Shown here one piece after another: positions 44,059-58,599 of a stretch of DNA of 64,000 nucleotides. The stretch lies in the NCBI RefSeq assembly GCF_009914755.1, contig NC_060937.1; one strand, written 5' to 3'. The notes below the pieces were generated by a model that saw only the letters and a program-made list of their open reading frames with translations, ran no database searches and was not told the origin of the DNA. Both the position numbers and the translations under genes were made by a program. Source of the DNA: the human T2T-CHM13v2.0 reference genome, Homo sapiens. Each line of letters starts with the position of its first letter. Positions within the stretch are counted from its first letter, which is position 1.

Positions 44059-46951
44059 TCAAAAGAAGACATATGATATGGCCAAAAAGCATATAAAAAT
44101 ATGCTCAATATTACTAATCATTAGAGAAATGCAGATCAAAACCACAATGAGATACCATCTTGTATCAGTCAGAATGGCTACTATTAAAAAGTCAAAAAAT
44201 AACAAGATTCTGGTGAGGTTGCAGAAAATAGTGAATGCACATACACTGCCGGTGGTACTGTAAACTAGTTCATTTAAAGCAGTGTGGCAATCCTCAAAGA
44301 ACCTGAAATAGAACTACCATTTGACCCAGCAATCCCATAACTGGGTATATACCCAGAAGAATATAAATTGCTCTACTATAAAAACACATGCATGCATATG
44401 TTCACTGCAACACTTTTCACAAAGCAAAAACATGGAAATCAACCTGAATGCCCATCAATAGTAAAATGGATAAAGAAAATGTGGTACATATACACCACGA
44501 AATACTACACAGTGCATGCCGGGCTTAATTCCTAGGTGATAGGTTGATAGGTGCAGCAAACCACCATGGCATACATTTACCTATGTAACAAACCTGCACA
44601 TCCTGCACATGTACACCAGAACTTAAAAAATTAAAAATAAACCCTTCCTCTAATATGACAGTTAATAGTAGAAGACCAAATGCTTTCTCTGCAAATCAGG
44701 AAAAAGGCAAGGATATCTTCCCTCACTACTCCCCATTCAACATTGACTAGAAGTCTTAATCATTAAAATAAGGTTAAAAAAAAATAAATGGCATATAGGT
44801 TGAAAAAGAAGAAAAACACTGATGAAAGAAATCAAAGGATGTCTAAATAAATCAAGAGACATAATTTTCAATTGGAAGACTGAATATTTTTAAGATGTTC
44901 TCCCACAAATTTAATTTATATGTTCAATGTAATCTCAATCAAAATGCCAGCAAAATGTTTTGTAGATACAGACAAGCCGATTTTAAAGTTCACAAGAAGA
45001 GACAAAGGAATTAGATTAGCTAAAACAATTCTGAAAAAGAATAACAAAGCTGGAGGACTAACACAACCTGATCTCAAGGCTATCAAGGTAAAGTAATCAA
45101 GCAGTGTAGTATTGATGTTGGGACAGACAGATCAATGGCACAGAAAAGCAAAGCCAGAAATAGACCCATACAAATACAGTCAATTATATTTTACAAGTGG
45201 ATAAAGGAAATTCAATGGAGAAGGACAGTCTTTTAAACAAATGTTAAAACAACTAGATATCCATATGTAGAAAAATAAATCTCAACATCTATCTCACAAG
45301 TTGCACAAACCTTAAATGGATCATAAACCTATGTGTAAACATAAAACTATAAAACGCTTAGAATAAAATCTGAATGACCTTGAGATTGGTGATGAGTTTT
45401 TAGATATAATACAAAAAATATAATCTATAAACAAAAAAATGATGAACTGGACTTAATCAAAATTAAAAACTCTTCCTCTGCAAAACACATTAAGAGAATT
45501 ACAAGATAATTCACAAACTGGTAGAATATGTTTGTAAATCATGTATCTCATAAATGATTTATATCTAGGACATAAAAAGAATTCTGAAAACTAAACAAAA
45601 AAAGTTCACCAAAAAGAAACTTATGAAAAGCCAGACAACTTCATTAGTCATTAGAGAAATGCAAATTAAAACCACAATGAGATACCACTGTGTACCTAGA
45701 ACAGCTATAATAAAAAAAACTGACATTAACAAATGGTGGTTAGGATTTAGAGCAGCGAAATTATCTTTCCTGGCTAAGGGGAATGAAAAATTGTACAGCC
45801 ACTTTGAGAGACAGTTTGGTATAGTTTATTATGAAGTTAAACACTGACTTACCATACAACTCAGCAATAGAACTTCCAGGCATTTATCCAAGTGAATTGA
45901 AAACATATGTTCCTACAAGAATCTGTATGTGAATATGATGGTACTAAGGTGACTGACAGATGACTCTGTGTGATTGTTGAAACCCAACATTGTACATCAC
46001 AGATGATACTTTTCAAAAAGACATCTGACTAGATTGTGAAATAAAAATATGTTCATAGAAGGCAAAGCTCAATATATATGAAGAAAAAGTCTCTTCAAAA
46101 TTAATCAGAAAGGTCCAATTCATTCCCGTATGAAATCCCAACATGTTTCATGGAACCTGGCCAACTAATTCTAAAATTAACATGGCTACATATCATGCAA
46201 GAACAGCCAAGGTATTTAGAAAAACAAAAATTAAGAAGCAGAGTTGAACTACCAGATATCAAAATATATTTTAAAGCTACAGCAATTAAAATGATGTTAT
46301 TTTTGTGTAGAATAGACATATATATCACTGCAACAGAATGGAAAGTCTAAAAACATATACATGTCTATATGAAAAATTAGCATATGATGGAGTAGAATAA
46401 AGACTTGACTGTTCAACAAAGTATGTGAAGACCAATAATTTTTCATATGGAAAAAACAGAATTATATCTCTACCCCGTAGTATATTCAAATAAATTCCAG
46501 ATGGATTAAAAACCAAAACAAAAAATAGAACTTCAACTCTTACAAGAGAATGTCCTTATAACAGCATAAAGGAAATCGTTCAGGTAAAGTTGAGTAAATC
46601 TGACTATATCACAAGTAATATTTGTAAAAGATGTCATAAACAATTTTTAAAAAAAATCAGAAGACCAGAAATGCACTAGGAGAAGATACTGCGAAGTATG
46701 GAAGAAAATATTAGTATTCAAAATATATTAAAAACACCTATAAACCAATGAGAAAAAAAGAATCTCAATTCAAAAATAGGCAAAGGCTACGGACAGGCAA
46801 TTTACAAATATATTTTTAAGGTTTTAATTAGATTAAATATTAGTATATAAATCTTAATAATTTGGGAAATGCAAATTAAAGCACTCCATGTTGGGAAGAC
46901 AGTAGTAACAAAGCATAGTCCTTCCTCTAATGGCCATTATATTCATACGCA

Positions 46952-46971
46952 TGTGTGTGTGTGTGTGTGTG
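46952..46971. repeat. (TG)10 microsatellite
   Basis: Direct reading. Confidence 0.85.
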
Positions 46972-47516
46972 CATGTATGTGCTCTGAAAGTGTTAAATAA
47001 ACTTGAGGAGATACAGTAATAAGTGCTATGAAATCATTAAAACAGAAAAATGTGATAGTGTCATAGCAACGGCAGGCTAGAGGAACGGGAACAATACAGC
47101 ACACACCAGATACCTGAATGAAAAGTAGTCAGGTCTCAAAAGAAAGAGTTAACAGTATTCCAACACCATGCTTTGCACTTTGATCTAGTACTGTATATAT
47201 TATCAGTATGTTGAGTAAATCAGATTTCTTAATTGCAAATTCTTAGCAAATATTATACACATTATTGAAGTATGTTTTTGTTTTTTATCCAAGTTTTAAA
47301 TTTGTGCCAGATATAAGGCAAAGAATTATAGACATCATACCCCCAGAAGAGACAGAATCCCAATATATTTTTCCACATGAAATTCACATTTGTTAAGTTA
47401 AAAAAAGTTAGATAACTATTCTGGTGAAAATTAATATTTAAATCTAGTAAGACGATTATCATAATAATTGTTTTTTTCTACAGCCAAAAGCAACCTTGGA
47501 AAAAACAAGCGCATAC

Positions 47517-47691
47517 CTGAATATAATGGCGAAGAACATACAGAATTTCCTCATTTTGAGCTTTTTCAGACAATACTTTGTGAAATGCACTAAATGTTCT
47601 AGTACCCATTTCGGCATAGAGAATCACCACTGGTAAGTTCTCTTTGTTTGTAGGAAATTTGTGATCTCCTTTAAATAGATAAGGTCTAGTC
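47517..47691 (-). CDS. UGGT2: UGGT2 coding exon 5 (175 nt): (R)TRPYLFKGDHKFPTNKENLPVVILYAEMGTRTFSAFHKVLSEKAQNEEILYVLRHYIQ
   Basis: ttatcttag|GACTAGA...ATTCAG|gtatgc; lies inside ORF 47478..47711; phase 2 to 0. Confidence 0.97.
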
Positions 47692-48189
47692 CTAAGATAA
47701 AAGCAAAACACAAAGTTTTGAAAAAACTGAAAGTTAATGGCATATCAATTCTGTATAATTACTGCTTATCAAACAATTCATAATATACATAATCACAGAA
47801 AAAGAATTTAAATTTCCTGTGATGACTTTGTACACATAACTTGAACTAAATGACAGAAAAGAAAGAAAAGAATTTGGTTAACCCAAATCTAATATTAAAA
47901 ATACTTTATTTCCCAACAAGGTTTATTATCTTTAAACAATAACATATAATGGCAGCACAATTTTCAGTGAAATAAAATTTATATTTTATGCAGTTAGGTT
48001 ATAATTTTTCATTACAGCTCATATTTCCTGAAAACAAGGTATAAATATTTAAGGCACAAAGCAAAAGTACTACCTTATTCAAAGACTATCAGTACTTAGT
48101 ATGAACAAGTACTCATCAAATCCCCAAGTATAAGCAAAGAAACCAGGACTCTTATGGTCTAGCATTATCATCAGAAACAGACTTTAACT

Positions 48190-48380
48190 GACTTCTTATT
48201 TGCCAGGCACTGTGCTAGGTTCTTTACACTTATTAGTAAATTCTATTTCACAAGAAAAATTAGACAGCTACCATCACTGAAACTTTTAAGTTTCTGAGGC
48301 TCAGATAAGTTAACTATTCAGGAAAAGATCAAATGGAAAGCCAGAATTTCAACTCATGTTTATGGAATTCCAAAGCCCAT
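48190..48380 (-). mobile_element. MIR fragment
   Basis: TGCCAGGCACTGTGCTAGGTTCTTTACA...CTGAGGCTCAGATAAGTTAA. Confidence 0.6.
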
Positions 48381-49206
48381 ATGTTTTGGCAATTTATACA
48401 GGTAGAAAGCAAACCAAGAGATAAGGAAGTTCAGAGTAACAAGGATGTTGAGAAATAACCTTTTATTTAGTGAATTCTGATCTCTACAATCATTCAGTCA
48501 ATTACTACCTTTGGATAACAAATATTAAGGACAGAAGAAAAAAGGTATGAGTAACATTCCTACAGCACGTTAGTGAAAAGAAGGTGGGTTTTGAGATCAG
48601 GCAGAATTGGATTCAATTCTAGCTTAACTACTTACTGACTCAACATATTCTAAATCAAAATCATTCAAGCATTCAATCTTATTGACTAACAGAATAATTT
48701 GAGAGATTTCCACAGTTATTTGGCTTAGAATTTGTGCCATTACTCAACAGCAATATAGAAATGTTACTACTGTCAATGCTTGGACAGCTGAAGCATAAAG
48801 TAAATAGAATCTTAACCCCAAATAGAATTTCACTTCATTATTAATCTTCTGTAACCGATGAAGAGACATGAATGTGCAAAACAAGAGACACTGAATTTGC
48901 TGTCTTTCTTCATGAGAGGCTATTAATAAATGCTAAAAGGATACAAAATCATACTTCACTTTGAAAAGAGAAGTGAAAGAGATTCTTGCATGAAACTATT
49001 AAAATTATTCTCATAAATTTTAACTGAAATCTTGGAACTCAAATGTCACTTATATAGCAGCTGGATTATCATTTTATAAACCTGATTTTATCAAATCAGT
49101 ATCATAGAAGTACATTTAGTAATTTATATAAGGAATCTTAAATTTTAATTTAAGCCTGAAAAATTCTTCCTTCAAAGAATTTACTACTGTTGAAAACTAG
49201 AAAGGC

Positions 49207-49537
<331 letters not shown>

Positions 49538-50144
49538 CTAGGAGATAAATATTGAGGTTGAATATAAAAGGAAAAATTAGAGGAAATGGAATAGACTTTA
49601 CACACAAAGGTAAGGGCTCTCTACCATTTGCTGAGTCTGTAATCGACAGTACCTTCCTTCCTGTACCTATAGACACATAACTTTCAAAATTTGCTTTTAT
49701 GATTATTTCAGGAACTGCTTGGATATATCATAGGTAGAAAAATTATACCTATAGAGGATGGCTGGATAAGAGGAAAATGATCTTTGAAAATTAAATAATT
49801 ATATTTAAAAGTAGCAATTTACTGAATTGACTAAGGTGTTAAAGAGAATTAATACAAATTAGCATTGGTAAAAATTTTAGAAGTAGAGTATAAAACTTCA
49901 GCTTTCTGAAGACAATTTTGTAGTATACACTTTAATATACATGTACTTACCTAGAGATTTTAGTTCTAGAAATTTAAGAAAATAACCAAGGTAACTATGC
50001 AAAGATATATGTACAAGGAAGTTCAATTAGATATTGTTTACTGTAAACTACCTATATATACACCGCAAGGAGTGGAATAATGAAACTTATTTATTCATTT
50101 CATTACGGTATCACTCACTCAATATTTTTCAGCATCTACTACAT

Positions 50145-51786
50145 GGTAGGTGAACTTTTTGGGAACTGGAGTAAAGGTCACCCTTGTTATGCCTTAGCAA
50201 ATAACTTGGCTGCATTGTGCTTATGCCCTAGGGATCTGTGGAAGTTTGAACTTAAGAGGGATGACTTAAGACGTTTGGTGGAAGAAATTTCGAAGCAGCA
50301 AAGTATTCAAGAAGTGGCCTGGCTGCTTCTAACAACATATGTTCAGATGTAGGAGCAAAGAAATGGCTTTAAGTTGGAATTCATATTTAAGAGGGAAGCA
50401 GAACATAAAAGTTTGAAAAATTTGCAGCCCTAGCCAGAAAAGAAAAAGTCCATTTTCAGGGGAAGAATCTAAGTGGGCTATTGGGCAACCATTTGCTAGA
50501 GAGATTTGCATGACTAAAAGGGAGCCAGGAGCTGACAGCCAAGACAATGAAGAAAAGGCCTGGAAGGTATTTCAGAGATATATGAGGCAGCCCCTCTCAT
50601 CATACACTCCAAGGCCTAAAAGGAAAGAATGCTCACTGCCCTGTGCCATGCCAGCAGGTTGCAACTTGCATCCAGCTGCTCCAGTTCCAGCCTCGGCTCA
50701 AAGGGGCACAGGTAAAGCTCAGGTCACAGCTCCAGAGGGCACAAGCCATAAGCCCTGGCAGTTTATACATGGTCTCATGTCTGCAGATGCTCAGGAGGCA
50801 AGCATGAAGGAGGCTTGGAGGCCTCCATCTAGATTTCAGAGGATGTATGGAAAAGCCTGGTGCCCAGGCAGGAGCCTGCCACCCAGGCAAGGCCCCCACA
50901 GATATTCTACTAGGGCAGTGCATAGAGGAAATGTGGGGTTGGAACGCCCACACAGAGTCCCCACCTGGATACTGCCTAGTGGAGCTAGTGGAGGGGGGGC
51001 TGCAACCCTTCAGAACCAAGGATGGTAGATTCACCAGCAGCTTGCACCTTGTGCCTGGAAAACCCAGAGGTACTCAACCCCAACCCATGACAGCAGCCAC
51101 GTGGGTTGTATCCTGCAAAGTTAGAGCGCTGGAGCTGCCCAAGGCCTAGGGAGCCCACCAGGATGTACATCACGATGTGGGACATGGAGTCAAGGATTAC
51201 ATGACAGCTTTAAGATTTAGTGCCTGCCTACTGTGTTTCAGACTTGCATGGGGCCTGTTACTCTTTTCTTTTGGCCGATTTCTCCCTTTGGTAACGGGAA
51301 TGTTTACCCAATGCCTGCACCATCTCTGTACCTTGGAAGTAAATAACTTGTTTTGATTTTACAGGCTCATAAGTGGAAGCAGATGAGTCTCAGATGGCAC
51401 TTAGGACATTGGACTTGATGTTGGAACGAGTTAAGACATGGGGAAGAAATGACTGTAATTTGCAATGTGAGAAGGACATGAGATTTTGGGGGCTAGGAAA
51501 AGAATGACATAGTTTGGGTATTTGTCCCCTCCAAATCGCATGTTGAAATGCAATTCCCAGGGGCCCCCCTTACTCTCTTGCTCATGCTCTCACTATGTGA
51601 CGTGCCTGTTCCAGCTTCGCCTTCTGTCATGGCTGTAAGGTTCCTGAGGCTCTCACCAGAAGCCAAGCAGATGTTAATGCCATGTTTGTACAGACTGCAG
51701 AACCATAAACCAACTAAACCTCTTTTACTTATAAATTACCCAGCCTCAGGTATTTCTTTATAGTAACACAAAAACAGCCTAACACA
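50145..51786 (+). mobile_element. MST internal sequence plus an internally deleted MST LTR (51505-51786)
   Basis: GGGAACTGGAGTAAAGGTCACCCTTGTTATGCCTTAGCAAA; CCTCCATCTAGATTTCAGAGGATGTATGG; LTR ends CAGCCTAACACA. Confidence 0.85.
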
Positions 51787-52443
51787 TAAAATCGGTACAT
51801 ACCAGTAATTTTATTTATTTACATGTAAGAACACAATAACTTTGTGGGAGAAGGATCTAAGATACCCTTTATAGTACAATAAATGTTTTTTTAAGTATGT
51901 CTGTATATGCATATATGCATTAAAAAAGAACATATACTAAACTGTTAGCAGAATTATAGGCCATTTTCCCTTTCTACTTTGCATTTTTCTAAAGTATTTG
52001 AATTCTTTTATAATGACCATATGGGATTTTTTTAACTTTAAACATACAGCTTTCCATTTGGGACAAAAGTTTAAAGCCACAAAAAAGATGGTCATATTGA
52101 TTTGAAGTGGCATTTGGAGAGCAGTCCCTGACACTAAATTTTACAGTATCTCCAAAAATATTTACAAAGACTCAGATACAAAAATTCTTAATGAAGTTGC
52201 AAACTAAAAATAACTTTGTATCATACATAAATTGGGAGTAAAGTCTACTAACTATAAAACCTATGCTGTTCAACTTAGAATCATAACTGACAGTCAACTA
52301 CCACTTAGAACAAGAACATGCTAGTAAAAAAAGAATAGTAAACTGATTCTTCATCTCTCCCTATTTCCTATTCCCTGGTTCAAAAATCTATGGTCTGGAA
52401 CTGCCCCAAAACTTTATAGACATAATACGAAAATGTGAATGAA

Positions 52444-52755
52444 GATCAGGAGTGGTAGCTCATGTCTGTAATCCCAGCACTCTGGGAGGCTGAGGCAGGC
52501 AGATTGCTTGAGCTCAGGAATTCGAGTCCAGCCTGGGCAACATAGCAAGACCCCGTCTCTACAAAAAATACAAAAATTAGCTGAGCATGGTGGTTTGTAC
52601 CTGTAGTCCCATCTACTCAGGAGGCTGAGGCAGAAGTACAACTTGAGCCTGGGAAGCAGAAGTTGCAGTAAGCCAAGACTGCACCACTGCACTCTAGCCT
52701 GGGCACTAGAGTGAGACCTTGTCTCAAAAAAATAAATAAATAAAACAAAATAAAA
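52444..52755 (+). mobile_element. AluJ element
   Basis: GATTGCTTGAGCTCAGG, GGGCAACATAGCAAGACCCC. Confidence 0.88.
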
Positions 52756-53332
52756 TATGAGTTATATATCTGGGGGAAAGTGACAGCAATCATTACCATC
52801 CTAAATGAGTATAACTTTCTCCCAGTGGTCACTCTACTTTCCAACATGTAAATAAAACTACTGTTAAGAAGAATTTTACGAAATTGGGACAATGAGAATA
52901 TCACATAGTAAAGAAAGGCAACATTGATGACCTAAATATGTTATAATTGAAAAAAAAAACAAAAAAAACACAAAAAACCAAGTGTTTAGCTCAACCACAG
53001 ACAGAAGAAAATACATAAATGCAAAACCTATTAGAATAAAAAAGCAGAAAAAATTTATCAGTCATTTCTTTAAAAAAAGATAAAAACCTAATCTGGAAAA
53101 ACTGAAAGAAAATGAAAACTAAAGAAAATCTAGGAAGGAGAAACATATCTACAGAGAGGAAAAAATTAAAATATTTATATTACTATACATAACCTATGTA
53201 AAAACATAAATTATATGCTTAAATAAGAAAAAAAAACCATTGACCAATATTGATAAGATATCACAAACCCAAGAGTATATGCCTGAAGTTCACAAAAGGA
53301 AAAAAAAAATTATTAACTTTGCCCTACATAGC

Positions 53333-53345
53333 GGGGGGGGGGGGG
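53333..53345 (+). repeat. G13 homopolymer
   Basis: Direct reading. Confidence 0.85.
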
Positions 53346-53353
53346 AATGTTTC

Positions 53354-55492
53354 TGTCAGGCTGTAGAATTGTTTTACCCTACTTACAAGCTAATAAGTTA
53401 GCTTTTCATTGTTTCATGGATTCTGGCAAAAGACAGAGATTTCTGAGTCAAAGAGCTTGATTACTTGTGGCACAGCAAGCAACATGAACATTAGTATGTT
53501 TACATGGGTTCCCCATGGGCCCACATTCCATAGGGAGAAGTATGATGGACCCACAAGAATTCTACACAGGCAGTGGGTATGGATCACATCTAAAGAACAC
53601 TGAATGTGGGAAACCCATCATTTAATAACAAGCAGTAAGTAAGTTGCCCTTTGTCCCAGGGAGAAACACTCACTTATCCCTCAAAGTCACTCACTGAAAA
53701 CACCCCGAGAAAAGGCCATGGTAAAGAGCAGTCAGGGCCTCACACGGTCTTGGCATAGTCAGTTTGTCTCTATTCACACTTATCAGGGAATGGGTCTATA
53801 ATATGTACATCTAAAGGAGTAAACCAGACTGTCAGATGGGCAAGTGCAAATTACTTTCACAGTGTGCAAGCCCCAAGGAGTGGTATTTTTAAGCTGCCCA
53901 TCTGTAGTCTTCCAAGTGGCAGACCAGACAGGTAGGCCATTGGCAACAGCACAAGAGTCAGTATGAATGTATTATATTTAACCAAGGGGTCAGATTTTGT
54001 TCAGGGAGAGGATGACGGCCTTGAGTTCTGCCCACTGAGTAGAGTGACCACTTCAGCTTTTGCTTTTACAAGGCTTATGCCTGGTGAAATGGTAGCAGAG
54101 GCAGCCCGAAGAGCCCACCAGCTGTTAACTTAGCTAAACGTCCCAGCAGCCTGGCCCAGGCATTTAGGGAAACCACTGTGAACTGAGGGCCCTTTTGAGC
54201 CAGTGACCTTACTTCAGGTAGTGAAATGGGTTATTTAGTTCACTCCCAAAAGAGTAGCTGCCACTTTTTCACATATACCTGATACCATGCTAGGGCCCAG
54301 AAGCTGGGCTTTTGAATATATAATTTCCATTTGAGCAGGGAGGCTTATTGGGTCCCTTTTACCTTGCGAGACACTGACTCCTAGTTGAACTACGTGAAAA
54401 TGTAAATGTCATGTGGTAGAGTCACAAGGCCTCCATGGGTCAGGCATTCAGTTTCAACAAGAGCTTAAGAACTGCTATTTTAAAAAGGGGTGTACTAAGT
54501 GGCTGAGTCAGGCAGGTGGCACTATTGTACTTAGAAACAGTCTCTCGGGGTAGTCCAGCAGCTATGAAGTCTATACAAAGTTGTGATTGTCCTTTCTCCT
54601 CCTGGGATTGATTCTTTGTTGTTTCTGCTGGACCACCTGGGGGTGTCCATGTGTGGTAGTCTCTGAATGACAGTTTCCCTCTGGGCTTCACAAACATTGA
54701 CAGCATTCACAGTATAAGCATGTAAAATACCAATACCAGTTATATAATCAGAGCCAAAACAATAAACCATTAAATCAGTCAAGTTTGAGTGCCTTTTCCT
54801 TAGGAGCCCAGATCAAGGAACATGTGTCAGACTACAACACAGTTATCAGGAGACTACTATCACCCACCAGGAGTACAGGGAGAAAGAGGTGAGCAGTGGG
54901 AAGAAATGTAAGTATTGACCTTTTTCTTCTCGACCCATGGGCCCTTACGAACTTCCTCTTCCAGAAGCTGTGTGTCAGTCAACATCCCACCCATGACAGT
55001 CTCCAAAACTACCAAGAACTGTAAAAGTCTAAGGTATGATTTTACCTGACTTACAAACTAATAAGTTAGCCTTTTATTCTTTTATGGATTCTGATAGAAG
55101 ACATAAGACAGACTCCTGGGTCAAAGACAAATGACTTTACTGCTCATGACATAGAGCAAGCAGTATAAGCGTTACTATGCTTGCCCCCAAAGTCCCACAG
55201 GGGGTGACAAAATATGGACTTAGATGGATCCTACAGAGTTGGCATATGTTTCCGTTAAGGAACACTGGGCTTGGGGAAGCACTGTTTTATAGTAAGCAAT
55301 AAAACACACTTGCTCCCTGTCCCCAATCCCAAAGGCAAACATTACCTCATTCCTCAAGGTTGCTCACTGCAAACACAACCCTGAGAAATGGCCCAGGTAA
55401 AGAGTGGTCAGGACCTTGCATTTTTTGCTGGTCAGACCAAGAAAGAACATGCAAGGACTCACAGGGCCCATGGCAGATGGACTTTCCTAATA
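53354..55492 (-). mobile_element. Internally deleted ERVL-type provirus with two LTR40 LTRs (about 53354-53765 and 55010-55492)
   Basis: Two related copies of TTTTACC(C)T(G)ACTTACAA(G/A)CTAATAAGTTAGC...ATGGATTCTG flank about 1.2 kb of GC-richer internal sequence. Confidence 0.7.
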
Positions 55493-57246
55493 GTTTGATG
55501 TTAATTTTTTTGTAATCTTCAAGATACTTTAGTTTCTATAATTATAAAAGTTGACATCAGAAACCAATGACAATAAATTTTAAACATTACAAAATTTCCT
55601 TTAAAAGATGCACTAGTGAGTTATATTATAGTGAGTCTAATAATGCCATAAAGGAATAGATAATTCCTATATTAACTCATCCAGAATAAGAATAATATGG
55701 CTGCCTAATTCACTTTACGAAAGTAGAATGACCGATAAAAATTAAAGATGTCAAATAATTTCAATAAATGTACAGCTATTCATTTATTAACACAGAAACA
55801 TGAAAACAAAATGAAAGCAATCTTAATTCAAAAGCAAATTAAGATAATCCCACACCATTAATAATCAGTAGTTTTCCTCAGAATTGAAAAGAAGGTATAA
55901 TATTTCAAAGTATTTTGTAATATATTAGTATGTCCAATGAGAAAAACCTTGTATCCATCCCAATAGTTGAAAAAATAATTGATAAAATAAAGCAATTATT
56001 TCTGCCTTTAAGTTTTAAAAGCAGGTGTGAACAGAGAAACATGCCATGTTATTTGATAAGAGATTCAATACAACACAGATGTAAATTTTTCCTAAATTAA
56101 CCAATACTTTTAACATAATTCTAATTAAACCCTAACAAGGCTTTTGGGGAAGGGGAGCTTGGGGAGGAAAAGGATTCCAATGTTGACTTAAAAGCATCAA
56201 CAAATACAAGGAGCTAAGGCATTCTGGAGGAAAAAAGAGCCACAATGAAGAAGAAATCCTCCTGTCAGAAACTGGATAATAAAGCAATAAATATTAAAAC
56301 AGTATGGCACTACTATAAGAAATAGATAATGGAGCAGAACAAAGAGCTATGAAATAGACCATAATATAAATATAATGAATACAATTGACTAGGTACCTGA
56401 GGAAAAAAATCTGGTTGGATTCTTACCTTTTGATGAAAATAAATTACAGATAGATTAAAAGTTTAATGTAAAATAAAAGGAAAAACTTTTAGAAAGCTAC
56501 AGAAAGAATTAGTAAAATCTCCCAATCAGGTTCGGGAAAAACTGTTAGTATAAAAACAATATAAAAGTCACATACACAGGAAAATTTGGCTACATAAAAA
56601 TAAAAGTCTTTTGTATATGAAATTCAATACAAGTATAAGAAAATGTTAGAAATGGTTTGTTAACAAGTGAGTTAAGTATTAATATGCATAAATATATATT
56701 ACTGTTTAATAGAGCTCTTTCAAAATTAAAAAAACTACTTTATTATTTCTTAAAGTATAAATAATCAGGCAAAAAAAATATACTGGTAGTATTACTCTAA
56801 AAAATCACTAATAAATTAATAATTTACTTCTGATTTGCCATTTTTTAAATTAAATACTTGCAAAAAAGCAAAAAAATAGTTTTGAATATAGGAAGCAACC
56901 TCATCTATTGTTTTGATTACTTTGTTATTCCCCAGGTATATATTCAGTTTATATTTAAAGAGCTATAGGCCAAATAAACTCAGTTTTGCATGTTTATTTC
57001 AAAAAACAAGTTATGCTTATATGAAACATTTCATACATTTTATGTTATTTTGGCACAATTTATATGCTAAAATCAAAAGCTAATCAAGACAAAACATTCT
57101 CAGATATATTACGGTTTTCAATACAAATCACATTCTTGAATATACAATGTCTTAGAATATTAAATTTTTTTTATTATAAGAAGTTTCTGCTATTGAACTC
57201 TCCTCTCTATAACCACTTCTTTCATTATAGGCTATTATTAATTTAC

Positions 57247-57359
57247 CTTGAAGCAGCTTTCTTCAGCAGCTTTTTAATCTCATTAATTTTACAGGTGTGC
57301 TTCTTATGAATAACCACAAATGCATTACAACCATCTGGTGGTGGCTCATCAGCTGCAAT
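57247..57359 (-). CDS. UGGT2: UGGT2 coding exon 4 (113 nt): IAADEPPPDGCNAFVVIHKKHTCKINEIKKLLKKAAS(R)
   Basis: aaatcttag|ATTGCAGCT...GCTTCAAG|gtaaat; phase 0 to 2, consistent with neighbouring exons. Confidence 0.96.
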
Positions 57360-57835
57360 CTAAGATTTCAAAGATTATATTTAGCTACAGCAGTTGATAA
57401 TTACAATATGATTTTAAAACCCTCACACATTACTTTGATTAAAATAACTCATCAACTACTATTAAGTTATTGCTCTAATTAAAGTAAAAAAACATCTATA
57501 CGTAGGTAGAATCTAAGAAATATTTTAATAAAATCAACTTTATCCTAGGAAAGACATGCTTCATAGTTATTGAAAAAATTCTATTAAAATTTTATGATAC
57601 TTCATTTCAATTATTTGTCCTCATAATTTCCTTATCCCAAATAACTATAAAAATTACAGAATATATTCAATTACATTATAATAAATGACAACAATAATAA
57701 TATAATCAATGATAGGCTATGGAACCAACTATAAACTTGTAGATCATTTTGAACTAAAGATGTTCATATTAAAGAACTCTATGTACATTGCTAGCGTGCC
57801 TCTTTGTCAAATACAGATTGGGTATTTTTACGCAC

Positions 57836-57966
57836 CTGCTGAAACATCTGAATAGCTGGGGAGTATGCCCTTATAGAGAAAGCAAACTTTAAAAGGTTGA
57901 TGTGTAAATTGTCTAGAAACTGTCCAGCTTTCTTCAGGATTAAGTTGTAATAAGAATAATCTGATT
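57836..57966 (-). CDS. UGGT2: UGGT2 coding exon 3 (131 nt): (E)SDYSYYNLILKKAGQFLDNLHINLLKFAFSIRAYSPAIQMFQQ
   Basis: Minus strand ttttttatag|AATCAGAT...CAGCAG|gtgcgt; open frame; peptide recognised as UGGT2 N-terminal region; ends in phase 0. Confidence 0.96.
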
Positions 57967-58599
57967 CTATAAAAAGAAGTCAAAAGAAAATAAATGTTAG
58001 CATTTTATACACTGCACATTGGCACATCTTCCACTGTAAGGCTAACTTAATGTCATATAATCATATCTGAAGTTTGATTATGGATAATGCTAGAGAAAAA
58101 TGGAAAAATCAAGATCTCAGTTCTATAATCAACTTCATTTTGGATCTTCCAGTAATGTCCACGTAATCAACATGAGACCAGGTGAAAATAATCTTGCCAT
58201 TAAAATCTATTTGGAAACACCAACATTTCAGACCAACTTACTCCAAAGTTGTGGGGTTATATTACAAGGATAAGATATAAGTCCTACCTACAAGGTAGAA
58301 ATTAAGAACAGCAGAAAAGTTAAATAATATGATTGTTAATGAATTTTAAAGTACCTGTATGAATAAATTCTACTGAGATTTAGTGCCAATAGCCAAGTAT
58401 AATTAGTGTATCCAGAATACTTTTAGGAGACAAAATTTGAACCAGGTCTTCAAAACTAAATGTCATCTTGTCTGGAACTTGAACAAACTAACCTGAGCTG
58501 CGAGTTGCCTACTATAAACCCTATTCAAAGAACTCAAAGACATAAAGGAGAAGGAGGGATCCTAGAATTTAATTAAAAATTCTCCAACACCCCTGGGGA

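Noticed and set aside
47478-47711. Standalone 77-aa ORF
   Set aside because: It is UGGT2 exon 5 plus intronic read-through on both sides.
50510-51028. Longest ORF in the track (172 aa)
   Set aside because: Lies wholly within MST internal sequence; a decayed MaLR frame with no gene context.
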